A DNA stretch of 64,000 bases from Antedon mediterranea (taxonomy: Eukaryota; Animalia; Echinodermata). Both the position numbers and the translations under genes were made by a program. Below are positions 1 through 13,800 of this stretch, in pieces. The DNA lies in NCBI RefSeq assembly GCF_964355755.1, contig NC_092672.1, positions 35,346,437 through 35,410,436 on the forward strand. Reading direction: 5' to 3'. The notes under the pieces were generated by a model that saw only the letters and a program-made list of their open reading frames with translations, made no database searches and was not told the origin of the DNA. The stretch's first letter is position 1; each line of letters begins with the position of its first letter.

Positions 1-90
1 TAAAGCTTTGTCTACACTATCAAACGTTGTGTGACAAAAACGTGTTCTCAAATATGGTAGTGATATGCCCAAATATGGTAGTGAAATATA
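1..90. mobile_element. MITE family A, partial
   Basis: Left TIR plus two internal repeats. Confidence 0.85.
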
Positions 91-126
91 TACATATTGA
101 TGTTACCAATTAAAAATAATATTTAC

Positions 127-1636
127 CACTTGTTTGCTCATCTGAGTCTCCTTCTTCTTCACTTTCTTTCGTCGGTGGCGGCCTCCTCGTCTTTTTCTCA
201 TGACCTGGGTCACTTTCTTTCACCCCTGCTACCAAATCATTACCCCAGACACGAGATTTATTACCTTTCTGATGCAATGCAAGAAACTCTTCTAGCTCTA
301 CATCTGTCTTCTCCTGAAATAAAGTAAAAAATACCTTAAAATTAATGACTCATAAATAAGTTTTATTCAATATTTAAGCCACAGGCCTGTTTAATCCCCG
401 CCTGAATATTATTAATTAATGCAATAAAGTTCAAAACATACATATACATATATGGTACCATTTATAAATAAAACTAACCTCATTCTCCTCAGTTTCTAGG
501 GTATCTCCTTTATTCTTTTTAGCCTGAAAAGGTAAATGAATTAGCAAAATGATAATTGTTAAAAATGCTATATTTATTTATACAGAGTAAATGTATAGTA
601 ATGAGTGTTTTATATTGGATGATTATGTTTTTCTTTGAAGACCCACTTGATAGTTTGATTCAGTTTGCTTTTGGGAATCCTGTCTCTCTCTATTGATTGT
701 TGTTTTTTTAATATCCGAGAAAAAATAAATGAAATGAAATTACAACGGTATAACAGGACCATATGTAAAACAGGTGCAATATCTATACCTTATATGTTTT
801 TAATCCTGTCTAAATGTGTTTTTAATTAAATAAATAAATATGCACAATATTATATTTCAAATATTTATTTGTAACTGTTAATTTACTTTTTCTTTCTTTT
901 CTTTTTCTTTCTTTTCTTTTTCTTCATTTTCCAATTTGTGTTTTTCATGTTTGTTATGCCTCGCTTTGTATGCTGAACTCTCACTTGAGTACTTGCTCCA
1001 TGGTCTCTCTGCATTTGGGTCACCAATTGATTTACATATTTCAACCTAAAAATGAGGGTGAGAAAATATATTAGCATAAATATGTACAATAATTGAATTA
1101 CGGAACTTTATTACGGAGATTGAATGTTTTTTTAGGTTACAGTTTCAACATAATGATGAAACGATAATCTAACCTGTAATCGTGATGAATCCAGAAATGT
1201 CTTGTTGAAGAAGTTTACAGCTTTCTCCGCCTCTGCGTTGCTTCTGTAGCCGACAAATGCAAATTGACGGAATTTTCCAGATTTTGTGTATTTCAACTGC
1301 AAGTCTGTAATTTCACCAATTTTACCAAAAGTATCTTTTATTTTGTCTTCTTTTATCTAAACAAGAAACAAATAAATGAACCCAATCAACATTTTTTAGG
1401 CTAGGCCTGTCAGATCATACTCTCCTTCTATCAAGAAGGAAGGAGGATGACTCTAAACTGGTGAATACGAACACAAATCTACACCTCCGACGGGCCTAGC
1501 CTACATAGGTAAAATTGGCATGTTTTAAGTCATTATAAACATATTAAATGAAGTCAAAGTTATCAATAATATTCTAGTTCAATAATAAAAGAATACAAAC
1601 CCTTTTTGGCAAATTCTTAACGACTATACGAGACAT
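127..1636 (-). CDS. RBM19: RNA-binding motif protein 19 (MRD1 homologue), 5' exons; gene continues off the left edge
   Basis: Exons 1636-1601, 1356-1174, 1045-887, 523-479, 313-127, all GT-AG and in frame: MSRIVVKNLPKR|IKEDKIKDTFGKIGEITDLQLKYTKSGKFRQFAFVGY...|VEICKSIGDPNAERPWSKYS...ELEEFLALHQKGNKSRVWGND. Matches the recalled RBM19 RRM1 and the PWSKY and WxND motifs. Confidence 0.93.
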
Positions 1637-1808
1637 GATTTTACTGCTCACATGTGGCTCAGTTGTTGACACATGGAAATCGCCACAGGAAAAGTAGCTG
1701 ACGACGGAAGTAGTATTAAGCTTAGGGGGCGCTAGACCAGACAAAACAAAAAAATAATAATGGGAGAAAAAAGTGTTATGATTCTTTAAAACAAAATTTA
1801 GTTTCATC
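1637..1808. promoter_or_regulatory. Bidirectional promoter RBM19/UBE3B
   Basis: 172 bp between divergent ATGs; locally higher GC/CpG; ETS-type CGGAAGT at 1705-1711. Confidence 0.7.
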
Positions 1809-4800
1809 ATGTTTAGTAAAACAGATTTAAACAAACTATCTGCTCTTGAGAAAGCAAGAGCAGCTCGTGATGAACGAGCTCAGAATAGGTCTCGTGAAAA
1901 TGCAGCTGTTCTGATTCAGGTAGGCTTTTAAGGCTAGGCTAGGCTAGGCTACTACTAGGCCTGACGCTGGTTATTTATTTAAAATTAAAGATTGTCCTGC
2001 TTTGCTTGTTTTATACCGGGGGTCATGTTACTCCTATGCTTGGAAATTTAGGCTTAGCCTAGAAGAAAGTTGTCTAGCCTGTTAATGCAGTTGTGCTCAG
2101 TATATGTACAATATATAGTTGCGCATTGGCATGAACATTATTACAAGCCTCTATTTGTATGCCCCAATTTTATTTACAGTTTTTAGGATGTCCTTTTCAA
2201 TTTCATGAATGAAGCGAAATATCATGGAGTAAATTTACTCTATGGAAATAAGATTTTACTACACAATAATTATCTAGGCCCGTATCACTTTAAACTAACT
2301 CATTCTTATTATCTTTGCAGGCAGTTGTGAGAGGATTCATCTGCAGAAGAAGATTTAGAAAAGATCTTTTAAAAGATATCGATAGAATTATTGCTCCATT
2401 TTCAAATGGTCAACCTAAAACCAAGCCTCAATTTTACACAGGTTAAAATTATAATTATTGTTGGGTCTCTTTTCATGTACATTATACAATAGTTTGGATA
2501 TTAATTCATAATTAAGGATCGAACATGGCACTGTCGCTAAATATTTATAAATTATATCACAAATACATTTGTTCTTTTTTTCCTTAGCTGTGGAAACATT
2601 TTCAGCCATCAAGAAATTTTGGCATGTTTTTAAATCAAATGAAGATAAACATGTAAAGTATAAAATATAGTTTTTACTGACATTAAATAAATGATTTTGA
2701 TAGATCTGGAATAATATTTTATTAGTTTGGAACCATGGGACAAAGGCTCGACACCTTTTGACCAAATGAATCTTGTTTGTCAACAGAGATTTGAGGCGAT
2801 GTGTAGCTACATCAATGCTTGTATGATGTACGGTGAAAGCATGGGGAATGATGTCGTTGCAAATGCAAAAGTTAGTATCAAACTCGTCATCCTTTCCAAA
2901 TAATAACACAAAATTCTGATTAGTTTATTGTGTTAAATCTGAACCAATGCAAATAAAGGTTTTCAGTTGTATTTAGTTCTGGAAAAGTATTCAACTTAAT
3001 GCAACTCAACTGCTCGTATTTACCATTACTTTGAGGTGTGAACAATGAATTGACTTTATTTCAGTTCCTTGTCAACATAAGCTAACCTAAGTCCCAAAGC
3101 TAGTTAAAGACAAAGTTACTTTTAAATTTGAATACTTTTGAAATCTCAAATGTGAGATGAGCCAGTCACTCACTAACCATCATATTTATATTAATTCTGG
3201 ACGTGCCATTATCCTACAGTATACTAGTTTAAACATTCAAATTATAATTACACTTAAATGTATTATTTTTGGTCCTCAAGCTTAACTGGAAACTGAGAAA
3301 CTTTGGATATGGCAGCCTACCAGATCAGCACACACATTTTAATATCATTTTTTTTTTGTGGTTTAATGACCATTTTGTTGTTTTTTGTTTTTACTTTAGT
3401 ACTGGTATGTGTCGCTAGCATTATCCAAACAACATGTGTTGTCATGGATACAACAAGTTAAAAGCATACTGTGGCAGTGTTGCTTATATTTGAAGAAACT
3501 TAAGGTAAGTAAAAACATGATATCACAACATTCAATGCTAGTATGTTTTAACCTCATGCAAGAGAAAACATGTAGAGAAGACCTTAGGAATGTTTTAAAA
3601 TTTTGTAAGACAAAACATTTTTTATCAGCTCTTTTACGGTTTAATATCAATCAGTCAGTAAATTCAAGCATATACAATTGTTTACATCTCCTTATTGTTA
3701 AAAATGTAAAAGGAAAAATAATAATTACAATATTCAACTTCAAAATTACAAAATAAAATGCTTTTGCTTTTTAGCCTTACAAGGTTGTTATTTCATTATT
3801 TGTTATTTTACATTTTCCAGCCAGATTCGCCAACAGATTGTAAGATAATGAGCATTTATCTTCGTTTGCTCATCACGTTCACAGACGCTTCATCATGGAA
3901 GATATTGAAAATGACTGGAGGTAAGTTGCAAGAATATCAAACTCTTTTATGCAAAATATTATACTGTATTATACCTTTCGATCCAAATGCCCAAGGTTCC
4001 ATTCTAGTACCGTCTACACTATCAAATTAGTTTGACAAACAAAGTGTGATTTGCCCAAATATGGTAGTGATCTGCTTAAATATTTTGTTTTCTTTGTTTT
4101 TTTTGCATAAATATGGTAATGATGAGCACATCACTTTTTTTGTCACATAAAGTGTCATAGTGTAAGACTTATTTAAAACAGTGCCCTCCTTTACATTGGT
4201 TTTGAAAACATTTTCATTCTGTAATTTTGTCAGAAACCTTTTTGGTTGAAAGTTTTGTCTTTTTGTTTATATAACAGGGGAAGCGTTAAGGACCAGTATG
4301 AACCAGCTTTGTGCTAACATCATAGGGCATCTGAACAGCAAAGGGTTCTACCCTATGCTACAATGTCTATTGTTAAAAGGCTTAGCAAGAAAGAAACCAG
4401 CATTCACACATGCAGCTCTCTCAGCTATATTCACTCTTTCCATCAGGTAAATTAATGTTTCTTGACCTTTATTGACCTTTATTCATAGGTCATCTAAAAG
4501 TAGAACAAGTAGCAAAAAATTGACCGATTAATTATCGATTGATGATTGATTTTCAGACCTGTTGTAATCACTAAATGTTCAGATAATTTGATGTCACTAT
4601 TTATACTCTATATAATGTCAGTACCTGGGGTTATTTTTCACCTTCAAACAACAAGTAAAGAGGTGAGTACAAATTCATTTTTTATTAACGATAAATAATT
4701 TTTACAATTTTTAAAAAATACCGGTATGCCATTTTAATGTCACATATTTCCTTGTTCTTTTTTATGTATATTTTATGGTGATCCTGTATTGCATTGGTGT

Positions 4801-7800
4801 TTTTCTTTATAAACTTTTGGATCCTAAATAAATAACTAAATAAAAAATAATAGTTATTCACTTTGACTAAAAATGTGATCGTCAAAAAAACTGTAATTTA
4901 AAGCAAACAAATATTCAAATTGTCAGACAATGTATTTTGGTTAAATTTAACTGTTTATTTTGTCTTTTTATAAGTGAAATCAAAATAGGCTATTAAAAGT
5001 CTGATTTTATAAATAAAAAAAAAATCTATTTTTGATGATTTTGGGGGACAACAATACAGTACATGTTCAACATTTTGTTAAGAAACCTTAATCTCAGCAG
5101 AGGTCTTGTTTATTTGGTTGTTTTATTAGTTGTATTTACTCAAAAATAAACCCATCTATAAATTTGGAATAATCTTGATACAAGATGTTTCATGCTGGTC
5201 CTCAAATATAAGCCCACTCATTAAACTCGATCTGATTATGTGTTTTAAATATTCTTAATCTTTCTCTTTTTCCAGAGCATAACAATTCTGCAAACAGGAA
5301 ACATGTTTAAGCATATATTGGATTATTTAAGCTTAGACCAGAACACACGAATTATCTTTAACTCATTGGAAGGGAACTACGCCCTCTGTCTTCTCGCAAA
5401 CATCGTCTACTTAGGATATATAGAACAAGATAAGCTGGCTACTAACGTTGCTTGTTTTACGGTAAGTTGTCATAGTGCTAGTACTTGTACAAAGTTGTCA
5501 AACCATTTATTTTATCTGTAAAGCTCTGTCTACACTATCAAACTAGTTTTCCAAAGTGTGATGTTCCCAAATATGGTAGTGATATGGTAAAGGGACGATT
5601 CAGCCCTGGGACGATTCGGCACACTTAAATTTATCGGCTTTGATATGCATATTACAAGCATAAAATAAGTTTTTTCCCCAAACTTTATTTTCAGAGAGAC
5701 TATGGGGTAGTACTACTAGGAATAAAGATGCAATAAAGCAAATATTTTGAAAACATTGTCGAAAATGATCATTTTTTAGTCACGAAATAAACAAGGTTTT
5801 CGAAGTAATAAATTGAATATAAAATTACGTTTTTTTAGTAATTTATTATATATATTATATCAACATTGTCAATATCAATAAAATATGGATTGTTAAACAC
5901 CTTTAAAAACTTGATAAATACCAAAAAAAATGAATATAAATTTGGTCTAAAGTGAGACGTTTCGGCCCACAAAGTGGGATGTTACGGCCCAAAAGTGGGC
6001 CGGATCGTCCCACCAAAAGCGGGCCGAATAGTCCCGGGCCGAATCGTCTCAGGGCCAAATCGTCCTGGAACATAGTGTTATGCTTAAATATGGTGTTGAT
6101 ATGACATCATCATGTTCATATATGGGCACATCACATTTTATTGTCACATAAACTTTATAGTGTAGACAGAGCTTTATAATAATTTGTTCCAAAAGAAACA
6201 GGCTTGCTATATTTTATTCCTGAAGATAAAGATATTGTCGTTAATATCATCATTGCTATTATTTTTACAGAGAGTTGTACATTGCTTGTTGATGCATTGT
6301 CAGAATTATGTTGGTAAAAAGAAGTCAAATACGTCGCAATGGCACCCAGTGCTCGGCTGGTTCTCACAATCAATAGATCACAGGTATGAATAAGAATATG
6401 TAAAGCTTTGTGTACACTATCAAATCAGTTTGATGTTCCCAAATATGGTAGTAATATGCTTATATATGGGCACATCACATTTATTTGTCACATAAAGTTT
6501 GATAGTGTAGACAGAGCTTTATACATCATTTACAAACAAATTTAAATGACTAAATTCTATTATTGTAACATTATTTGAATATTTCTTGATGTTTTTAGCT
6601 TACATGAATCAATGGAGTATGTGGTAAAACAACTCAGCAAGCTGTGGAGTCATGTCATAGTTCAAGCGCTGTTCGGTGATGCGTTGAAATCAGCTGAGGC
6701 ATCTGCTGCTGCTGAACAAGAGAAGATGGCACAAAAAGAACAACCAAAAGGTGTGAGAGGCTCACATATTTTTTCAAAGACTTGTAAACCGCACAATGGA
6801 TTAAAACAACTCTTTTGACAAGATCTTTTTGGTATTAACTGTTTTTTTATTTGCTTAGGATTATTAAAGAAACTCCAGCGTACTTCTTTAAAGTTGTCCT
6901 CTCGTCCTACTAAGAGTCTAAATGCCCCTGAGGTGGTCACAGTTTGCGGTGTTTGTGACATGTTCCAAACGGCAATGTCAACGCTTACTGAAATCAAGGC
7001 CAATATATTGTCAGGTATGTTCTATTAAACCATATGTCTCACTACGCAGAGGTCTTCTTTTTGGAACAGATCCTCTTATGTTAAGACCACCTAGAACCAA
7101 CCTAAATTACGTGCCTAAGGGCTTCTTTGCTCAAGCGCCAGAGATCTGGAACCAACTTTTCTGTTCAATCCGTTACACTCTATACCCTTTTCAATTAAAA
7201 TCTCTCCTGAAAACCCACCTATTTCAATAGTTATTCCTTTCATGTTGCGCTGTGAGACTCCGATAAAGAGCGCTTTATAAGTGTTCGATATTATTATTAT
7301 TTATTATTATTCAGGCACATTAAAATGTAATCAAAACCATATGTAATAATATTTCAAAAAAGGATACGAATCTCAAGATCCTTCGAACCCATGATCTCTT
7401 GCTCACAAGACAAGCACTTTATCCACTAGACACTAGACCACGGAGACTAATAATCACAACCAAACATACTTAATCATGCAGTCCACCTACCTTGTCTTCT
7501 GCCATTTGGCAGGTCTATGACCGTCTTCTTTCTCCATACTTCTCAATTAGATTTCATGCGTGAGAAAGCATAATTGGGCCTCATAATTACCTGCAACCAA
7601 TAATAATGTTTGTTTTTTAGGATTAACGTACATGGACAACCTGTTACCTAGCCTTTGGCACTTCATCACTGAACTCGGTCCTAACAGCGGTATTAAGTTG
7701 TTTCTAGAAAGTCTCAACTCAAGCGTGGAATCGCAACCAATCTTGTCCTTATTAATGTTCTTCTGCGATTGCTCAAGTTATCTAATTACGTAAGTTTTTT

Positions 7801-10800
7801 AAAAATTTTTTACAATTTTTGTTTAAATTCAAAATGAATTTCTTCTCGGAGTAAAATGTTTTTACCTGTTCTCATTGCTGCTTGTTTTGGTATTTTTATG
7901 AATGAGTTTTTGTTATTTTTTTTTTGATATTTTCTGATATTTTTTTTAATTAAAATGCTATATTTGATTTCTATGTGCTACTTGGTAAGAGGATTCACAG
8001 GCTCTTGTCATAGGGATTTAGTTCCCTTTTGTGTTTCCTGCCACTTACTTTGTAGTTGTTGTTTCTTTTTATGATTGTTAATAAAGAATAAGTAGACATT
8101 TATTTTGAATTCTTTTGTTTATAAACATTTATTAAGATAATAATGCCACAAACACACGATAAATATAGCTGTGTTGACATGCCACAACTAGCTGTTGTGG
8201 ATTCTTGTCTCGCAGAAGAACAAAAATGCTGCCATGGGAGATGAAAGATTGTCTGTGTTCTAGTCTGGTTGTAATGTTTTGGTGTTTTTTTTATAGAATT
8301 CTTGATGATGTCGAACTTTATGAACATCAAAAACCGTTCAAATTAGATGATTTGATAAATATGTCATCATTTCTCAACATGTTTGTTTATAAGATGATCT
8401 GGGAACATAACATAGGTGAGTAGATGCTGTATCATTGTATTACACTCAGGTGTATAAATGGGTACCCGGTTAGATCAAGACACAACTTTGTGCTGATTAC
8501 TAGCTGCATTATGGGAGTATGTTTCCATACGTGTTTAATAAAAAAAATCACAAAAAATTTGAAGCGCTTAGAATCATTGTGTAATAAGGGCTAATATTAA
8601 TATTATTATTTATGTATGTGTTGGATTATTTCTAATCTATTAATGATCAATGGTCATTTTTCTATACTGAATTTTACCATAATACCTAATAAAGCTTGGT
8701 TTCCACTTACTAGACACAATGCAAGGATGTAACGCAACGCAAAGTGATTTGACCAATCACAAGTGATAGATTATTCAAACAGTCGCATGTGATTGGTCAA
8801 CTCGTTTGCGTTGCATCCATGTCGTTGCGCTGCGTCCTGGTGGAAACCAAGCTTAATACTTAGCCGTGTGCTTTTGTTGTTTCAGACTCCAACAGCAGAC
8901 AGCATTCACTGTTTGTGTCCACACATCCACTGCTGATGATATTGCATCAACGTGATGCTAGACGCTCATTCGCACCAGACAATCATTGGCTTATCAAGTT
9001 AGTACATAAATAGTACAATGTTTTTGTTTTGGAGTGGCATGCCTAATTGGTGACAGAAGCTATTGGCCTCTTTTGCCACTCCTACACTATCAAACTGTAT
9101 GTGACAAAACAAATGTGATGTGCCCATATATAGACATATCACTACCTTATTTAAGCATATCATTACCATATTTGGGCACACACATCACACTTGTTTTTGT
9201 CAAACTAGTTTTATAGTGTAGACAGAGCCTAAGCAATATTGCTACCTTTCTACATTTTTTTTCAAAACAATTCTGGTTGGTAAAATTTTTTTTTTTTTCG
9301 GATATTTGATAAGCTTTTTTTATTAGCAGAGATTTGAAAATGAGCTTATTTAGAAACGAGCTGGAACGAGGAAGTAAGCGGGCTAAACGTGTTCTCCAAA
9401 TTATTCCACATATAATCCCACACATAGAGGTAAGCTGCATGCGGTTAGCAATATGTAAACATCACTTGTGTACATTTGTTAATATTTTGGAGAAGAATTC
9501 TTTTGATATGTATTATGTTTTAGTTGTCCGAAAGCTCTGCTAATTTTTCTGGCTGTTTTACTTTATCGTTCTGATTAAGCTTTTTGCTTATTTTTATTTT
9601 GTATCTCCATTGAGATCCATCCTCTGATACCCACAGCATTGTCATTTTGTATCTCCATTGAGATCCAGCCACTGATACCCACAGCATTGTCATTTTGTAT
9701 CTCCATTGAGATCCATCCTCTGATACCCACAGCATTGTCATTTTTTCAGTATTTTGCCTTTAAATTTATGTTTTATTTTATGTGCATAACTATTTTTTGA
9801 GTAAATAAAAGAAAGAAAGAAGAAAAAAATACTCCATTTCCTTTCTTTATTTCAGCGTGTCATATTATTCCATAAGAAGGTTGGAGACGAGAAAAAAGAG
9901 TTGGGCTTAGTAGAAACAGCTGGTATTATGCCACACTCAACGCTGATTACGATACATCGTAACCAGTTGGTAGAGGTACGTAGCCTGTAGAATTATGTAC
10001 ACTCCCTCTCCCTTTCTTTTTTTTAAACGAAAAACAATGCTCTACAGTCAACGCTCTCAATACCAGCCTTGGACTGGTCTGGTATGTCTGATTTCCAGAA
10101 TATGTTTATAAAAGTATTTACTTTTAGGAGAGTTTCTCATTTTCAGGGAGTTTGGTATTGTTAGGGCCATACTGAAAAGCCTCCTACTTACAGGACGCCC
10201 TTGGACTGGACTGATATGTTCCAGAATATGTTTAAAAAGTATTTGGAACTTAACAAGAAATGTCTGGTTTGGGAGAGTTTCTCATTTTCCAAGAGTCAAT
10301 ATTGTTAGAGCCATATTTAGAAATCTGCCCTTTACAGGGAAGCCACTTCAGATAGTCAGATTGTACCATAACATATTTGTAAGTATTATTGCTGTATTAT
10401 TGTTATTACTGTTTTGTTATTAGGATGGTTATCATGCGATAAGTCAGATGGAGGGAAAATCCTTGAAAGGAACCCTTAGGATTAAGTTTGTGAATCGTCA
10501 GGGTCTTGAGGAAGCTGGTATCGACCAAGATGGCGTCTTCAAAGAGTTTCTGGAAGAGATTATCAAGAAAGTCTTTGATCCTGAGCTGAATCTTTTTAAG
10601 GTAGTTTATTAAAAGTAGCTTAAGGCTGTCAGCAGCTAAATAATAAATCTTATGTTTTTGAGTTTTTAAAAGTTGTTTACAGACCTTCAAACATTGTCCT
10701 GGATTTTTCCAAGCTTTAGTGTTGTCCTGTGGTTGTCCAGTATTGACCTAGAGTTTCTCAAAAGACCACAGAATATTACGTCTCAGTCTTTTAGGTCACC

Positions 10801-13800
10801 TACACAATAAAGGCCAATTTACACAGATGATTGGTAACGGTAATACAAATATAGAGTCTATGTTATTCCTTATGATCATTTACACACATGCCAAGCCGAC
10901 AGGCAGTTAGATAGATAAAATTCTATGTGGGACAAGTTACGCAGTTTTTCGCCTACCGTTACCGCTCGTCTGCGTAAAGTGGTCTTAATCCTTTCTTAAC
11001 TACTATATAAAAAACAATGTTTATAAATCCTTTTTGCTTAGCTCTGTCTACACTATCAAACTTTATGTGACCAAAAAATGTGATATGCCCATATATGGAC
11101 ATGATAATGTCATATCACTACCATATTTGTAATACAACTACCATATTTAGGTACATAACACTTTTTTTTGTCAAACTAGTTTGATAGTGTAGACAGAGCT
11201 TAACTTTTTTATTTCATTATTCACAGCACACAGAAGATCAAAGGTTGTATCCAAGCCCGACGTCTTCTGTTCATGAGAATCATCTGCAGTTGTTTAGATT
11301 TGTTGGCAGAATGCTTGCTAAGGCCATTTATGAGGTAAATAACTCCGTCATAGTTCTACCAATTAAATATTGCTAAAGTAAACGATATTCAGCGGAGGAT
11401 CCAGCATTATAGATTAGGGGGCGCGGGGGGATAAATATTTCAGGCTTTCGGGTTGCAGAAAAACAAAAATAGTCATTATTTGTTTACTTTGCAAAAATAA
11501 TTTACATGTTTTATGTTTTTCATAGGGGATAGTAGTAGAAGTTCCATTTGCGTCCTTTTTCTTGAGTCAAATGGTCGACCATCAACACAGCGCCCTCTAC
11601 AGTCCTCTTGATGAACTTTCTTCGATGGACAAGGACCTGTTCAAGAATCTGTCATTTTTAAAAGTAAGTTATTACAACATCTCAATAAGAATTAATAATT
11701 TTATTCATTCAATGCTCTATTTTGATTTTTCATGTAAAAATCTGTTTTATTTTATTAGCATTATGATGAGGACATAGCAGACCTAGACCTTGTATTCTCG
11801 TACGACGAGGATTTAATGGGCAAAATTATCACCCATGAGTTGATACCAGGGGGTAAAGCAATAGCAGTAACCAATGAAAACAAGTAAGTCAAGTAACTGA
11901 TTTTAAACACCATTGTACATACCTGGAAGTCCTAATATATTGGACATCTGACCATGGTGGAGTTTGTCCATTTAAAAAAATCTCTCTTTAATCAGGTTTG
12001 TTATGGTATCACACTATATCGGTAGCCTGTTACCTGTATTATTAGATAATTTAGTGAAAGTATATTTAGAAAAACAAGGGAAATTAAAATTAACAACCTA
12101 CAGTATGTTATAATAATAATACTATTACAATCTTTATTTTTGCAGTGGAAAAAACTCCTTCACCAGAAAGGTGTTCTTCCACAAGGTTGTTAACATTGTA
12201 ACATAAAGTATTGAATTAAAAATTCTGTGAAACACACATCTGACATATGAAGTTACTTGCGTTGCCTTTGTCTTGATTATTTTTAGAATTCGCTACATTC
12301 ATATGATGGCGCACTTCAAGATGTGTCGTCAAATCCGAGAGCAGGTGGCAGCGTTTAAGAAGGGATTTTGCTCAGTTGTAAATCCTGATTGGTTGTCATG
12401 GTTCACTACTCCGGAGCTTCAAAGATTGATATCGGGAGACAACGTGGCAATTGACCTATCAGATCTCAAGTAAGTTTAAGCGAAATTCACATTAGTGTAT
12501 TCGCATGCTTATGTAAGAAGATGTAGGAGTATAGAAAACTGATTAGTAATGCATGACTGAGCAGCAATCAAGTAATTGGTTTATAATAAGATTTCAAAAT
12601 TGTGATGTGCCCAAATATGGTAGTGATATGATGTCATCATATCCATATATGGGCACATCACCTTTTTTTGAAAAGTTTGATAGTGTGGACAGAGCTTTGA
12701 ATTTGTTCACTTGAATCCAATGTTTTTGCAGACAAATTGTGTAAAGTTTGTAATGTTCTTGTTTTATTTATTTTACAGAAAGCATGTGCTGTATTATGGT
12801 GGATTCCATAGTGGCCACAAGGTTGTTGTCTGGTTGTGGGACATCCTTGAAAAGGACTTCAACAAGGAAGAACGAGCTCTTTTCTTGAAGGTATATCATC
12901 AAAATATTGTTATAGATGCTTAATGGGTGGTTTCTGTTTTCTATTAAAGGAAGTAACCAGCTATTCTGCCCTCTAAATGAAATGAAAATGACTTTATTTA
13001 GCAATCAATCAATCAAAATCAATTTATTCCATAAAACTAAGGATATGTACAAATATGTCATCAAAAAGTTGTGGAAAAGGGAACTCAAAATAAGCAAAGC
13101 TTTTAAGTCGAAAAAACTTAAAAAAGCTTAAAGACCCCTTCCCTGCAATTTTGGACGTTTTTTGGAAAATAATACATATATATCACTTTAAAAACATTAA
13201 ACCATGTCATTCCTTGTCTTAAATGTACGTTTTATGGTAAATTATGATAAAAAGTGAGAAACAATGCACTACCTAAGTAGCTCGCGGCGATCGACCTCTC
13301 GTGGACGGTCTCAGGCCTAGCCTAGCTAGGCTTAGTTTTGTAGGCCTAGCTGGTAAACATCGGTAACGTACGAACATCGTACGCTAGCTATATACCTAGC
13401 CTGACGTTGTATAGTTGCTGCATTAATTGTCTTTCTATTTTTGCCAGACTCCGTTGATACAAATTGGGGAAAACCCGGTATTTTCGCTGAAAAGTTAGGA
13501 GTCTTCCATTTGTTTTGGCTTCACGAAAAGTGGGCCGAATTACAGGTGAAAAACAACAATATCAATCCGCGCGCAATGCATTTTGGGATTTATAGTGGGC
13601 CGCTATAATTATTAAAATCGATTTATTTTTCACATTTTTAACCGTTTAAAGACGAAAAAAGTTATCGCAATAGGACCATATAGTATTATTTTTACATTAA
13701 ATATAGTTTGTGATCTTAAATTAGATCTAAAAAACGTAGGGAATGGGGCTTTAAAATCATTATTTTATTGATGTTTCTTTGTCTTTTGTTTATACTCAGT

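Noticed and set aside
2415-2909. 164-aa minus-strand ORF and other short antisense ORFs over UBE3B/CLUH exons
   Set aside because: Shadow frames of exons and introns with no recognisable protein features.
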